From the IMG/VR virus record IMGVR_UViG_3300044300_004403, positions 1 to 24,812 of that record: a stretch of 24,812 nt of DNA, one strand, 5' to 3'. The notes under the pieces were generated by a model. It saw only the letters and a program-made list of their open reading frames with translations. It was not told where the DNA came from and searched no databases. The position numbers and the translations under genes were made by a program. Shown piece after piece: positions 7,311 through 16,046 of the stretch (within the stretch, counting starts at the first letter, position 1; each line of letters starts with the position of its first letter). This stretch comes from a virus (lineage: Duplodnaviria; Caudoviricetes).

Positions 7311-10259
7311 ATGGCAGAACAAATAATATCACCAGGTGTTTTTACTAGAGAAAACGACCTTTCATTCCTTCCCCAAGGAATAGGTGCAATTGGAGCAGCA
7401 ATTATAGGTCCTACAGTAAAAGGACCAGCTTTTGTACCTACAGTAGTAAGAAGCTTCGCAGAATATGAAAGAAGATTCGGACCTTTAAGCTCTGAAACAT
7501 ATGTCCCTCAAACAGTTAGAGAATACTTAAAAAATGCTGGATCAGTAACAGTATGTAGAGTATTAGCAGGAGGAGGATGGACTTTAACATCTACAGCAGG
7601 AGGAACCGGAGCAGTAGCGATAGTAGCTTCAGCTTCTGCAGATAATGCCGATGGAAATAATGATAATGTATTATTAGGAATGATTTATCCTTCTAAACAT
7701 ACAGGTGCACCTGGATTAAATGAAACAACTTTTACAGGACCTAGCAATCAAGTAGATTCAGGATCAATAAGTTCTAATTTTAGTATAACTTTAAGTGGTT
7801 CTACAGGAACAAAACAACTTTCTGCTTCTGTAAACCCTGCCAATTCAAATTATTTATTTAAACAATTAGGTAATAATCCTAATAACAGTAGAAATGGAGA
7901 CAATACATTTGGGGGGACTCCAGGATACACATATGTAAATTGGAAATCATTACAAACAAGCATTCTTGCTACAACAGCAGATACAGAATCTATAGTTGTA
8001 CTTTTCCCATCTACTTCAGCACATCTAGGTATTAACACAGCAAGTTTACAAAATGATACATTAGGATCTTCTGGATCTTTCTATTTAACAGATAATGATG
8101 GTACTGCACATACTTTATTCTTTACAGGAAGTACATCTGTATTACCACCAACAGATGGATCATTTTCAGGTTCACTTGTAGCTATGAATTTATCATCAGT
8201 AGGAGGAGAATCAGCATCAGGTCAACAATTAACAACTTTATTTTCAGATGCCGTAAATACACTTGATGAATTTTCATCATCTATTAGTACTGATGGTCTT
8301 AGTGCTTCTGTATTTACTGTAGAAATAGGAAATGTAGCAGATTTAACTACAACATTTGGATCGGGAACAGCATCTGTAGGAACAGCAACAGATGGTTCAC
8401 AAATGTCTCCACCTAATGGATATCCACTTTACGCTAGTAGTGACGTAATGTTAATAAGACAAAGCGCTAACATAACATATAGTGGATTAAGTGGAGTAGA
8501 AGAAAAATATAGTCATGCTTCTACACCGTGGATTACTTCACAATTCTTAGATGCTAATAAAAGCACAACACAATTATTTAAATTCCATACTATTAATCAT
8601 GGTACTACTTGTAATACAGATTATAAAGTATCTATTGCAAATTTAAAAGAACCAGCAGATGTAGATGGAGTTGAACAATATTCACAATTTTCAGTTATAG
8701 TAAGAAAATATAGTGATAAAGATAAATCACCAGTAGTTCTTGAACAATATAACAATTGTACTTTAGATCCTAATTCACCAAATTATATCTCAAGAAAAAT
8801 AGGAGATAGATATCCATTATATAATGATACTTTAGATAAAGTTGAATTACTTGGAAATTATCCTAACATTTCAGATTATATTAGGGTAGAAGTATATAGT
8901 TCTGTTGCTGAAAGAGCAGTTTCACCTAAATTATCACCTAAAGGATTTTCAGCTATTAGCGATCCAATACCAACATCATCGTTTGGTACTAATTTCCATG
9001 TTCCTTCAGCTTCTTATGAAGGAGTCCAACAAACAGGAACAGACAGTACATATGATACTAGAGGATATTTAGGATGGAAATTTACTGATAAATATGCAGA
9101 TAATGCAAACTGGATAAAACCATTACCAGATGATGTAGGTAGTAATGTTTCAGGAGACTTTAATGTTGAAAATTATTCAGGCCATCCAAGTTCAAGCTTA
9201 TGGTTAGGCTCGTTAAGTGCTTCAGTAAAAACAAATCCAGATAATGGTCCTGTAGCAAGCCAACTTAAATTTACAGTTCCTTTCCAAGGAGGTGATGATG
9301 GTATATCTCCATCAACAGTAAAACAAGTAGGTAAAAATATAACTGATGAAAATGTATATGGACTTAATTTAAAAGCAACCTCAAATACAGGATATAAAGG
9401 CTATAAAAAAGCAATTGATATTTTATCAAACCAAGATGAATATGACATTAATATGTTAGCATTACCTGGTGTAATAAAATCTCTCCATCCTTTAGTTACA
9501 CAAGCAGGTATAGATATGGCAGAACAAAGAGGTGATTGCTTTTATGTAATGGATTTAGATATACAAGAAGCTTCAGTAAATACTGCTGTAAGTACTGTAG
9601 GAGGATTAGATTCAAGTTATGCTGCTGTATATTATCCATGGGTTAAAGTACTTGACAGTTCAATTAATAAACCAGTATTAGTACCACCATCAGTAATAGT
9701 TCCAGGAGCAATAGCAGCTTCAGATAGAATAGGAGCTGAATGGTTTGCACCAGCAGGTCTTAATAGAGGTATTTTAGGTAATGTATTAGAAGCTAAAATA
9801 AGATTAACACAAGCAGAAAGAGATACACTATACGATGCTAAAATTAACCCAATAGCAACATTCCCTCAAACAGGAGTTTGTATTTGGGGTCAGAAAACAT
9901 TACAAGAAAGATCAACAGCATTAGACAGAATTAATGTTCGTAGATTAATGATAGCTCTTAAGAAATTCATTGCAAGTTCTTCTAAGTATTTAGTATTTGA
10001 ACAAAATACAATACAAACTAGAACAAGATTCTTAAATATAGTTAATCCATATTTAGAATCAGTACAACAAAGACAAGGATTATATGCCTTTAGAGTACAA
10101 ATGGATGAAAGCAACAATACGCCAACTGTAATAGATAGAAATCAGTTAGTAGGTGCAATTTACTTACAACCAACTAAAACTGCTGAATTTATCATATTAG
10201 ATTTCAATGTAATGCCAACAGGTGCTACATTTGATACAGGAGGTGGTGCAGGATATTAA
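7311..10259 (+). CDS. Contractile tail sheath protein (T4 gp18-like)
   Basis: N-terminal SPGVFTRENDLS and IIGPTVKGP; C-terminal YAAVYYPW, WFAPAGLNRG, INPI, WGQKTL, RINVRRL, FEQN and LQPTKTAEFIILDF are typical sheath motifs. Confidence 0.97.
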   Translation: MAEQIISPGVFTRENDLSFLPQGIGAIGAAIIGPTVKGPAFVPTVVRSFAEYERRFGPLSSETYVPQTVREYLKNAGSVTVCRVLAGGGWTLTSTAGGTGAVAIVASASADNADGNNDNVLLGMIYPSKHTGAPGLNETTFTGPSNQVDSGSISSNFSITLSGSTGTKQLSASVNPANSNYLFKQLGNNPNNSRNGDNTFGGTPGYTYVNWKSLQTSILATTADTESIVVLFPSTSAHLGINTASLQNDTLGSSGSFYLTDNDGTAHTLFFTGSTSVLPPTDGSFSGSLVAMNLSSVGGESASGQQLTTLFSDAVNTLDEFSSSISTDGLSASVFTVEIGNVADLTTTFGSGTASVGTATDGSQMSPPNGYPLYASSDVMLIRQSANITYSGLSGVEEKYSHASTPWITSQFLDANKSTTQLFKFHTINHGTTCNTDYKVSIANLKEPADVDGVEQYSQFSVIVRKYSDKDKSPVVLEQYNNCTLDPNSPNYISRKIGDRYPLYNDTLDKVELLGNYPNISDYIRVEVYSSVAERAVSPKLSPKGFSAISDPIPTSSFGTNFHVPSASYEGVQQTGTDSTYDTRGYLGWKFTDKYADNANWIKPLPDDVGSNVSGDFNVENYSGHPSSSLWLGSLSASVKTNPDNGPVASQLKFTVPFQGGDDGISPSTVKQVGKNITDENVYGLNLKATSNTGYKGYKKAIDILSNQDEYDINMLALPGVIKSLHPLVTQAGIDMAEQRGDCFYVMDLDIQEASVNTAVSTVGGLDSSYAAVYYPWVKVLDSSINKPVLVPPSVIVPGAIAASDRIGAEWFAPAGLNRGILGNVLEAKIRLTQAERDTLYDAKINPIATFPQTGVCIWGQKTLQERSTALDRINVRRLMIALKKFIASSSKYLVFEQNTIQTRTRFLNIVNPYLESVQQRQGLYAFRVQMDESNNTPTVIDRNQLVGAIYLQPTKTAEFIILDFNVMPTGATFDTGGGAGY

Positions 10260-10311
10260 GAAAACAGAAAGATATTATATTTATAATAAAACAATAAAAT
10301 AAAATAAAAAG

Positions 10312-10797
10312 ATGGCAATATTAGAAACCAACCAAATGATGTTCACAGCCTTTGAGCCTAAATTACAAAATAGGTTCTTAATGGAAATTGATGGCATCCC
10401 CGCATACCTTATTAAAAAGATATCTAGACCAAGTATTACATTTGGAGAGGTAGTTCTTGACCATATTAATGTGAAAAGAAAAATTAAAGGTAAAGCAAAT
10501 TGGGACAACATAACATGTGACCTATATGACCCCGTAACCCCATCAGGTGCTCAAGCAGTAATGGAATGGGTAAGATTATCACATGAATCTGTAACAGGTA
10601 GAGATGGATATTCAGATTTTTATAAAAAAGATATAAATATCCGTACTTTAGGTCCTGTAGGTGATGTTGTTGAAGAATGGATTTTAAAAGGTGCTTATTG
10701 TCAAAATGCAACTTTTGGAGACATGGATTGGACTTCAGAAACACCAGCAAACATAGGAATAACAATCGTAATGGATTACGCAATACTAAACTATTAA
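10312..10797 (+). CDS. Tail tube protein (T4 gp19-like)
   Basis: 161 aa directly after the sheath gene, with EPKLQNRF, WDNIT, VMEW, YKKDI and EEWILKGAY tube-family motifs. Confidence 0.93.
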   Translation: MAILETNQMMFTAFEPKLQNRFLMEIDGIPAYLIKKISRPSITFGEVVLDHINVKRKIKGKANWDNITCDLYDPVTPSGAQAVMEWVRLSHESVTGRDGYSDFYKKDINIRTLGPVGDVVEEWILKGAYCQNATFGDMDWTSETPANIGITIVMDYAILNY

Positions 10798-10821
10798 TTA
10801 ATATATATAAAATTTAAAAAA

Positions 10822-11190
10822 ATGAAACTAAGAGACTTAAAACGAATTATTAAAGAAGAAATTAAAAATATTCACGAACAAAGACCACCAGCAATAGATT
10901 CCTTTGGAAATCCCGTATCTCCAGTAGGAGGAGGAAGACCTAGACCTAGTACATCTCCAGTAGGAAGTGGCCCTTCAGGTAGACCAAATGTATCTCCAGT
11001 AGGAGGAGGAGGTAGATCCTCTCTAATGCATAACACTGGATCAGGAGTAAAGAAAATAGCAATAAATGGTGATGAAGGTGGACCACAAGGTATAGATATT
11101 TTAAAGTTTCTATGTGAAATATTCGGATGTGAACAATACTATACATGTAAAGCAAAAGGTTGCCAGCTAGATATTCACGGGGAGGGTTAA
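10822..11190 (+). CDS. Small protein with MKLRxLKxxIxEEI leader, Pro/Gly linker and Cys4 C-terminus (paralogue 1)
   Basis: 122-aa ORF with clear similarity to the next ORF at both ends and three SPVG repeats. Confidence 0.8.
   Translation: MKLRDLKRIIKEEIKNIHEQRPPAIDSFGNPVSPVGGGRPRPSTSPVGSGPSGRPNVSPVGGGGRSSLMHNTGSGVKKIAINGDEGGPQGIDILKFLCEIFGCEQYYTCKAKGCQLDIHGEG
10915..11019 (+). repeat. Three in-frame direct repeats of ATCTCCAGTAGGA (SPVG)
   Basis: Copies begin near 10917, 10953 and 10992. The first and third extend to GTATCTCCAGTAGGAGGAGGA. Confidence 0.85.
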
Positions 11191-11216
11191 TAGATGAATA
11201 ATTATTATTAAAAAAA

Positions 11217-11534
11217 ATGAAACTTAGACATCTAAAATACCTAATTCAAGAAGAAATTGAAAAACTTCAGAATGAAAAGAAAATAGACCAAGGAGGCCAA
11301 TTTCCTGGCAAAGACATAGGTGATAATCGATCTACTATTAGCTTTAATACAGGAACAAAAGTAGTTAAGATGGATGTTGGTTCAGGAGGAACAGGTCCAC
11401 AAGGTATAGATATTTTAAAATGGCTATGTACACATATTTTTTCTTGTGAAAAATATTATACATGTCAAGATGGAGGATGTAAACTAAGGCCTGGAACTGA
11501 TGTAAGTAACATAAGAGGACCTCAAGTTAGCTAA
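11217..11534 (+). CDS. Small protein with MKLRxLKxxIxEEI leader and Cys4 C-terminus (paralogue 2)
   Basis: 105-aa ORF. GPQGIDILKWLCTHIFSCEKYYTCQDGGCKL matches GPQGIDILKFLCEIFGCEQYYTCKAKGCQL in the upstream ORF. Confidence 0.8.
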   Translation: MKLRHLKYLIQEEIEKLQNEKKIDQGGQFPGKDIGDNRSTISFNTGTKVVKMDVGSGGTGPQGIDILKWLCTHIFSCEKYYTCQDGGCKLRPGTDVSNIRGPQVS

Positions 11535-11557
11535 TTAAGGGACATTTAATAGTTTAG

Positions 11558-11588
11558 AAAAAAAAAGCGTCTTTTTGGCGCTTTTTTT
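11558..11588 (+). terminator. Rho-independent terminator, potentially bidirectional
   Basis: A9-GCGTC-TTTTT-GGCGC-T7 forms a GC stem with one G-U pair, flanked by A and T tracts, in an intergenic region. Confidence 0.85.
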
Positions 11589-11635
11589 ATTTTACATATA
11601 TGTATATCTGAACTAGTTTTAACAAAAATAACGTT

Positions 11636-12388
11636 ATGAAAAAAAACAAAGAACTACAATTTCCGGCTGAAGAAGTCACATTACCCTCAAAAGGTTTACT
11701 TTATTCCGAAGATTCTCCATTAAGATCAGGAAAAATATTAATGAAATATATGACTGCTCGTGAAGAAGATATTCTTACAAATCAAAACTTTATAGCTAAT
11801 GGTACTGTAATAGATAAATTATTAAAATCTCTTATTGTTAGTGATATAAATTACAATGAATTGTTAATAGGGGATAAAAATGCAGTAATGGTTGCTGCTC
11901 GTATTTTGGGGTATGGTGCTGATTATGAATTTAAATACAGAGGTGAAACCCATACTATAGATTTAGCTAAAATAAAAGATAAAGAATTAGACGAATCTAT
12001 AGTAAAAAATGGACAAAATGAATTTGAATTTACATTACCTACATCAAAAATACCAGTTACTTTTAAACTTTTAACCCATAAAGATGAAATGGCTTTTGAT
12101 AAGGAAATAAAAGGACTTAAAAAACTTAATAAAAATTTTTCTAATGATTTATCTACCAGAATGAAGTATGTTTTACTTTCAGTTAATGGTGACTATGAAA
12201 AACAAACTATTAGAAAATTTGTTGATAATGAGTTTTTAGCCAGAGATGCAAGAGAATTAAGAAACTACATTAACAAAATCCAACCTAGTGTTGACTTATC
12301 ATTTGAATATGAAGACTCTAGGGGGAATCTTGTATCAACAGAGGTTCCGATTGGTATTGAGTTTTTTTGGCCTGACGCCTCAGTATAG
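11636..12388 (+). CDS. Tail/baseplate hub assembly chaperone (T4 gp26/gp51-like, lambda gpG analogue)
   Basis: VTLPSKGLLY, MKYMTAREEDILT, LLIGDKNAVMVAARILGYG and FTLPTSK..VTFKLLT motifs, ending in FFWP. Located between the tube and tape measure genes. Confidence 0.8.
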   Translation: MKKNKELQFPAEEVTLPSKGLLYSEDSPLRSGKILMKYMTAREEDILTNQNFIANGTVIDKLLKSLIVSDINYNELLIGDKNAVMVAARILGYGADYEFKYRGETHTIDLAKIKDKELDESIVKNGQNEFEFTLPTSKIPVTFKLLTHKDEMAFDKEIKGLKKLNKNFSNDLSTRMKYVLLSVNGDYEKQTIRKFVDNEFLARDARELRNYINKIQPSVDLSFEYEDSRGNLVSTEVPIGIEFFWPDASV

Positions 12389-12626
12389 GAATATCCTATG
12401 GACCCAAATACATGACCTAGTGTACCATGGCGGCGGTGGATTCATGCACTCAGAAGTATATAACATGCCTATTTGGTTAAGAAGATTTCATATTCACAAA
12501 ATAAATGAATATCTTAAAAAGAAACAAGAAGAAGAAGAAAAAGCATCTAAACAATATGCTCCCCCTTCAAATAAAGTAGCAGGACCTAATGTAAGCCCTT
12601 CTTCAACATATAACTTTAAAAAGTAA
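12363..12626 (+). CDS. Probable frameshift extension (gpGT-like) of the chaperone in the +1 frame
   Basis: Open +1 frame FFGLTPQYR...IHDLVYHG...EVYNMPIWLRRF that begins inside the T7 run at 12362-12368. The YNMPIWLRRF segment resembles chaperone T-parts, and a terminator follows this frame's stop. Confidence 0.7.
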   Translation, partial: FFGLTPQYRNILWTQIHDLVYHGGGGFMHSEVYNMPIWLRRFHIHKINEYLKKKQEEEEKASKQYAPPSNKVAGPNVSPSSTYNFKK

Positions 12627-12654
12627 AGGTATCGTAGATACCTTTCTTTTTTTT
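12625..12654 (+). terminator. Rho-independent terminator
   Basis: Perfect 9-bp stem AAAGGTATC-GTA-GATACCTTT followed by C and T8. Confidence 0.85.
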
Positions 12655-12684
12655 ATATTTATTACAGAATAACACTGTAACCCT

Positions 12685-14832
12685 ATGGCAAATAGAAGAG
12701 ATATAGATAATCAAAATAAATTAAACGACTTAACTGGCAAACAATCTGAACTTTTAAGCGATCAAGCTCATCAAGTTGAAATTTTAAGACGTGAATTTAG
12801 ACAATTAGGAAGAGAAATAAAAGACTCAATTGAAGAAGCTATTGATGCTACAGATGATTTATCGTCTTCAACAGAAAAATTAGCTAAAAGTGGATTAAGA
12901 GAAATAGAAGGATCAGTAAAAAAAATAGGAAAAACCCTAGAAGATAATGTAGAAATACAATATAGAATAAATCAAGGCCAAGATCAATCAAAAAGAATTG
13001 CTGATCAACTTGTTAAAATAGAAACAAGACATGCAATAACTACAGCTCAGATTCAAAATGATACAGAATTAACTGAAGATACAAAAAAAGAACTACTAAA
13101 ATTAGCAGATAAACAATTTAATAAAGCTAAATTATTAAATGAGGAGTTAGAAGATGCTAATACAGAATTATTGGAATCTAAAACTTTAATAGATGTAGGA
13201 AAAGAAGGTTTAGAAGGTTGGGCTAAAAAGTTAGATAAATCAGGAGTCCTTGCAGGTATTCTCGGTGGTAAAATGTCTAAAGCTGGTATGGTAGCAAAAG
13301 TAGCTGAAGCTTCTGTAATATCATTGTTTAAGGATTATGAAAAAGGCTTTAAAACCATAAACAAACAAACAACAGACCTACAAAACGCATTTGGATTTAC
13401 TCTTAAAGAAGCTGTTAAATTAAATGTTGAATTTAGACATATGTCTCAATTTTTTAAAGGTAATGCTATACTTGCTCAAGATGTTCAAAAAGCTTTTGCC
13501 GATATAAATGGTCAATTAGGATTAGCTTCAACTACTTTTAGTAAAGGGTTACTACCTCAAGTTGCAGATTTACAAAAAAGGATGGGTGTATCTTCAGAAG
13601 CAGCTCATAATTTTGCTAAACAATCTATGATAACCGGTCAAGAAGTAGATAATATTGTAAAAAGTCAAATTAGTGGTTTATTAGCAGCTGAAGAAGAACA
13701 TGGAGTCCGTATAGCCATAGCATCTGCTATAAAAGAAGCAGCCGAAACTACGGGAGAAATACGTGCTAATTTAGGATACAGCATAGAAAATATAACAGCG
13801 GCCATTGGTAGAGCTAGACAATTTGGTATGACCCTTCAAGATTTAGCAAATATAAGTGATAATCTATTAAATTTTCAATCTTCTATTGAAGCTGAATTAC
13901 AAGCAGAATTATTTACAGGAAAACAACTTAATTTAGAAAAAGCCAGATTACTTGCTTTAACAGGAGATTATGTAGGGTTAGCAGAAGAAATAAAAAAACA
14001 AGTAGGAGGAGAATATGAATTTGCTAGAATGAATGTTCTTGAAAAACGTAAATATGCAGCTGCCTTAGGAATGAGTGTTGATAGAATGTCTGATTTAGTT
14101 TATGACCAAGAATATCTAGCCCAATTATCTGAAAAACAAAGAGATGCTACTGAAGAAGAAATATACCAATCATTAAAAAGACAAGATATACAAACCCAAT
14201 TTGCAGATTTATTACTTAGAGTTCAAGAAATAATAGTAAATATAGCTGCAGGTCCTTTAGGGCATATAGCGGGATGGTTTACAGGTTTACTTGAATCTAC
14301 AGGAGGATTAGTATTAGCTTTAGGGATTATATCAGGATTTAAATTTTTTGGATTAATACGAGGTGTTAAAATGTTAGTAGGGTGGTTAACAGCAGGGTCT
14401 GTAGCTGCTACTACATTATATGGAATATTAACATTAGGTATAGCATTAGCAGTAATAGCAGCAGTAGTAGCAGCAGCAAAAGCACAGGGTAAACACGTCA
14501 GTAGTGTAGTAAAAGGTCAAAAAAATATATCTGATGGATTTCAAAAAGAGGGAATTGTATATTCAAAACCTAAAGGAAGTATGTCAGTTATGTTAGATAA
14601 AGATGACGAAATGATAGCAGGAACTGACTTAGGGTTAGATAAAGCTTCAAAGGGAGCTAATGCTGCAGGAATAGCAGGTGCTTCAATTCAAATATTAATA
14701 AAGGAAATGGTTAATTTGAAAAAAGAAGTTAAAGCTATGAATAATCAATCAAAAGATAATACACAAAAAATTGTAGAAAATGATACTGTTACATTACAAT
14801 CAGGTTGGGGATCTAAAACAAAGTTTACGTAA
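12685..14832 (+). CDS. Tape measure protein (715 aa)
   Basis: Long helical Ala/Leu/Glu/Lys-rich protein with SIEAELQAELFTGKQLNLEKAR and a hydrophobic segment at about aa 520-600. Canonical position after the chaperone gene. Confidence 0.85.
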   Translation: MANRRDIDNQNKLNDLTGKQSELLSDQAHQVEILRREFRQLGREIKDSIEEAIDATDDLSSSTEKLAKSGLREIEGSVKKIGKTLEDNVEIQYRINQGQDQSKRIADQLVKIETRHAITTAQIQNDTELTEDTKKELLKLADKQFNKAKLLNEELEDANTELLESKTLIDVGKEGLEGWAKKLDKSGVLAGILGGKMSKAGMVAKVAEASVISLFKDYEKGFKTINKQTTDLQNAFGFTLKEAVKLNVEFRHMSQFFKGNAILAQDVQKAFADINGQLGLASTTFSKGLLPQVADLQKRMGVSSEAAHNFAKQSMITGQEVDNIVKSQISGLLAAEEEHGVRIAIASAIKEAAETTGEIRANLGYSIENITAAIGRARQFGMTLQDLANISDNLLNFQSSIEAELQAELFTGKQLNLEKARLLALTGDYVGLAEEIKKQVGGEYEFARMNVLEKRKYAAALGMSVDRMSDLVYDQEYLAQLSEKQRDATEEEIYQSLKRQDIQTQFADLLLRVQEIIVNIAAGPLGHIAGWFTGLLESTGGLVLALGIISGFKFFGLIRGVKMLVGWLTAGSVAATTLYGILTLGIALAVIAAVVAAAKAQGKHVSSVVKGQKNISDGFQKEGIVYSKPKGSMSVMLDKDDEMIAGTDLGLDKASKGANAAGIAGASIQILIKEMVNLKKEVKAMNNQSKDNTQKIVENDTVTLQSGWGSKTKFT

Positions 14833-14861
14833 AATTAATATATTTATAAAAAAACAATAAG

Positions 14862-16046
14862 ATGGCATTATTAGAACAAAATTCAATATTTAGTAGTATA
14901 ACACCCCAATTTGATTTAGGTGTAACTTCTACAATACAACAAAATTCATTAGCAAGTTTAAATCAAGATTTAAATGGAAATCCAGGTCCACTTTTTGATA
15001 TGGGTAAAGATTCTACAATTCATAATCCTGATTCTTTATTTGCTTTAAATGCACCAGGAGCTCCTGATCAAGATTTAAATGGAGAATCTGGTCCTATTTT
15101 TGATAAAGGATTTGAATCTACTTTACAAAAAGACCAATTAATGTCTACAGAAGAATTATCATATACTCCTACAGATCTTTTAACTAACACAAATACAGCT
15201 TTAGGTATACCAGGAATTGATGAAGGAAGAGGTCCTGGTTTTGATTTAGGTAAAGACTCTACATTACATGGTACTCCTACTAATAAAGATACTTTATTGT
15301 CTATTCCTAATCCTGAGTCAACTCAAAATTCTCCATATCAAGATTTAGATGGAGTTGATGGAGGTCAAGGATTTTTTCATGGTATTCCTAATCCAGGAAT
15401 GTATCAAGGAAAACAAGTAAATGGTATAGATTTACATGTATCTTTATTAAAAGACCAATATGCTTATCAACACGGTAATGCTCCAACAGTATTAGTAAAT
15501 GCAGGAAAACAAGATTTAGATGGGGTTCCAGGTCCTACCTTTAATGCAGGAAAAGAATCTCCTCAAGATATTGACAGCCCTGTATTTGACACTATACATG
15601 AAAATTCATTATTGCGTAAATATAAAGATCCAAATAGAATGGATTTAGATTTAGATGGAGAAAAAGGATTCTTCCAAAGACCAACAGATGTAACAGATAC
15701 TCTTAATTTGATGTCTTTAAATCAAGTTCCTAAATCACCATCAGGATTTGCTGATGTTAATGGAATTAATAGAATTCAACCAAAAGCACCTGATGGAGCC
15801 TCAATTGATAATCCTGGAGGATATTTTCATGGAATAGCAAACCCAACAAAAGGTCAAGGATTACAAATAATGAATAAAGATTTACATGTACATTTATTAA
15901 ATGAAGGTAATCAATGGAAGGGAGTCAGTGGTACTACTTTAGACTTAAATATACCATTAGGCACAAATACTCCTCCTTCTTATTTAGATACATTTAATTT
16001 ACAAGATTTACCATCAACATTAACAGAATTACCAAATAGAGGATAA
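14862..16046 (+). CDS. Low-complexity repeat protein (DL[ND]GxxGPxFD repeats), probable virion/baseplate-associated (394 aa)
   Basis: Multiple internal repeats. Coupled by a TAATG overlap to the next baseplate gene. Confidence 0.6.
   Translation: MALLEQNSIFSSITPQFDLGVTSTIQQNSLASLNQDLNGNPGPLFDMGKDSTIHNPDSLFALNAPGAPDQDLNGESGPIFDKGFESTLQKDQLMSTEELSYTPTDLLTNTNTALGIPGIDEGRGPGFDLGKDSTLHGTPTNKDTLLSIPNPESTQNSPYQDLDGVDGGQGFFHGIPNPGMYQGKQVNGIDLHVSLLKDQYAYQHGNAPTVLVNAGKQDLDGVPGPTFNAGKESPQDIDSPVFDTIHENSLLRKYKDPNRMDLDLDGEKGFFQRPTDVTDTLNLMSLNQVPKSPSGFADVNGINRIQPKAPDGASIDNPGGYFHGIANPTKGQGLQIMNKDLHVHLLNEGNQWKGVSGTTLDLNIPLGTNTPPSYLDTFNLQDLPSTLTELPNRG

Noticed and set aside
12288-12362. Independent TTG start for the 112-aa ORF
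   Set aside because: It is buried in the upstream gene, and the first ~25 residues look like off-frame sequence. Plausible coding begins at the T7 run.
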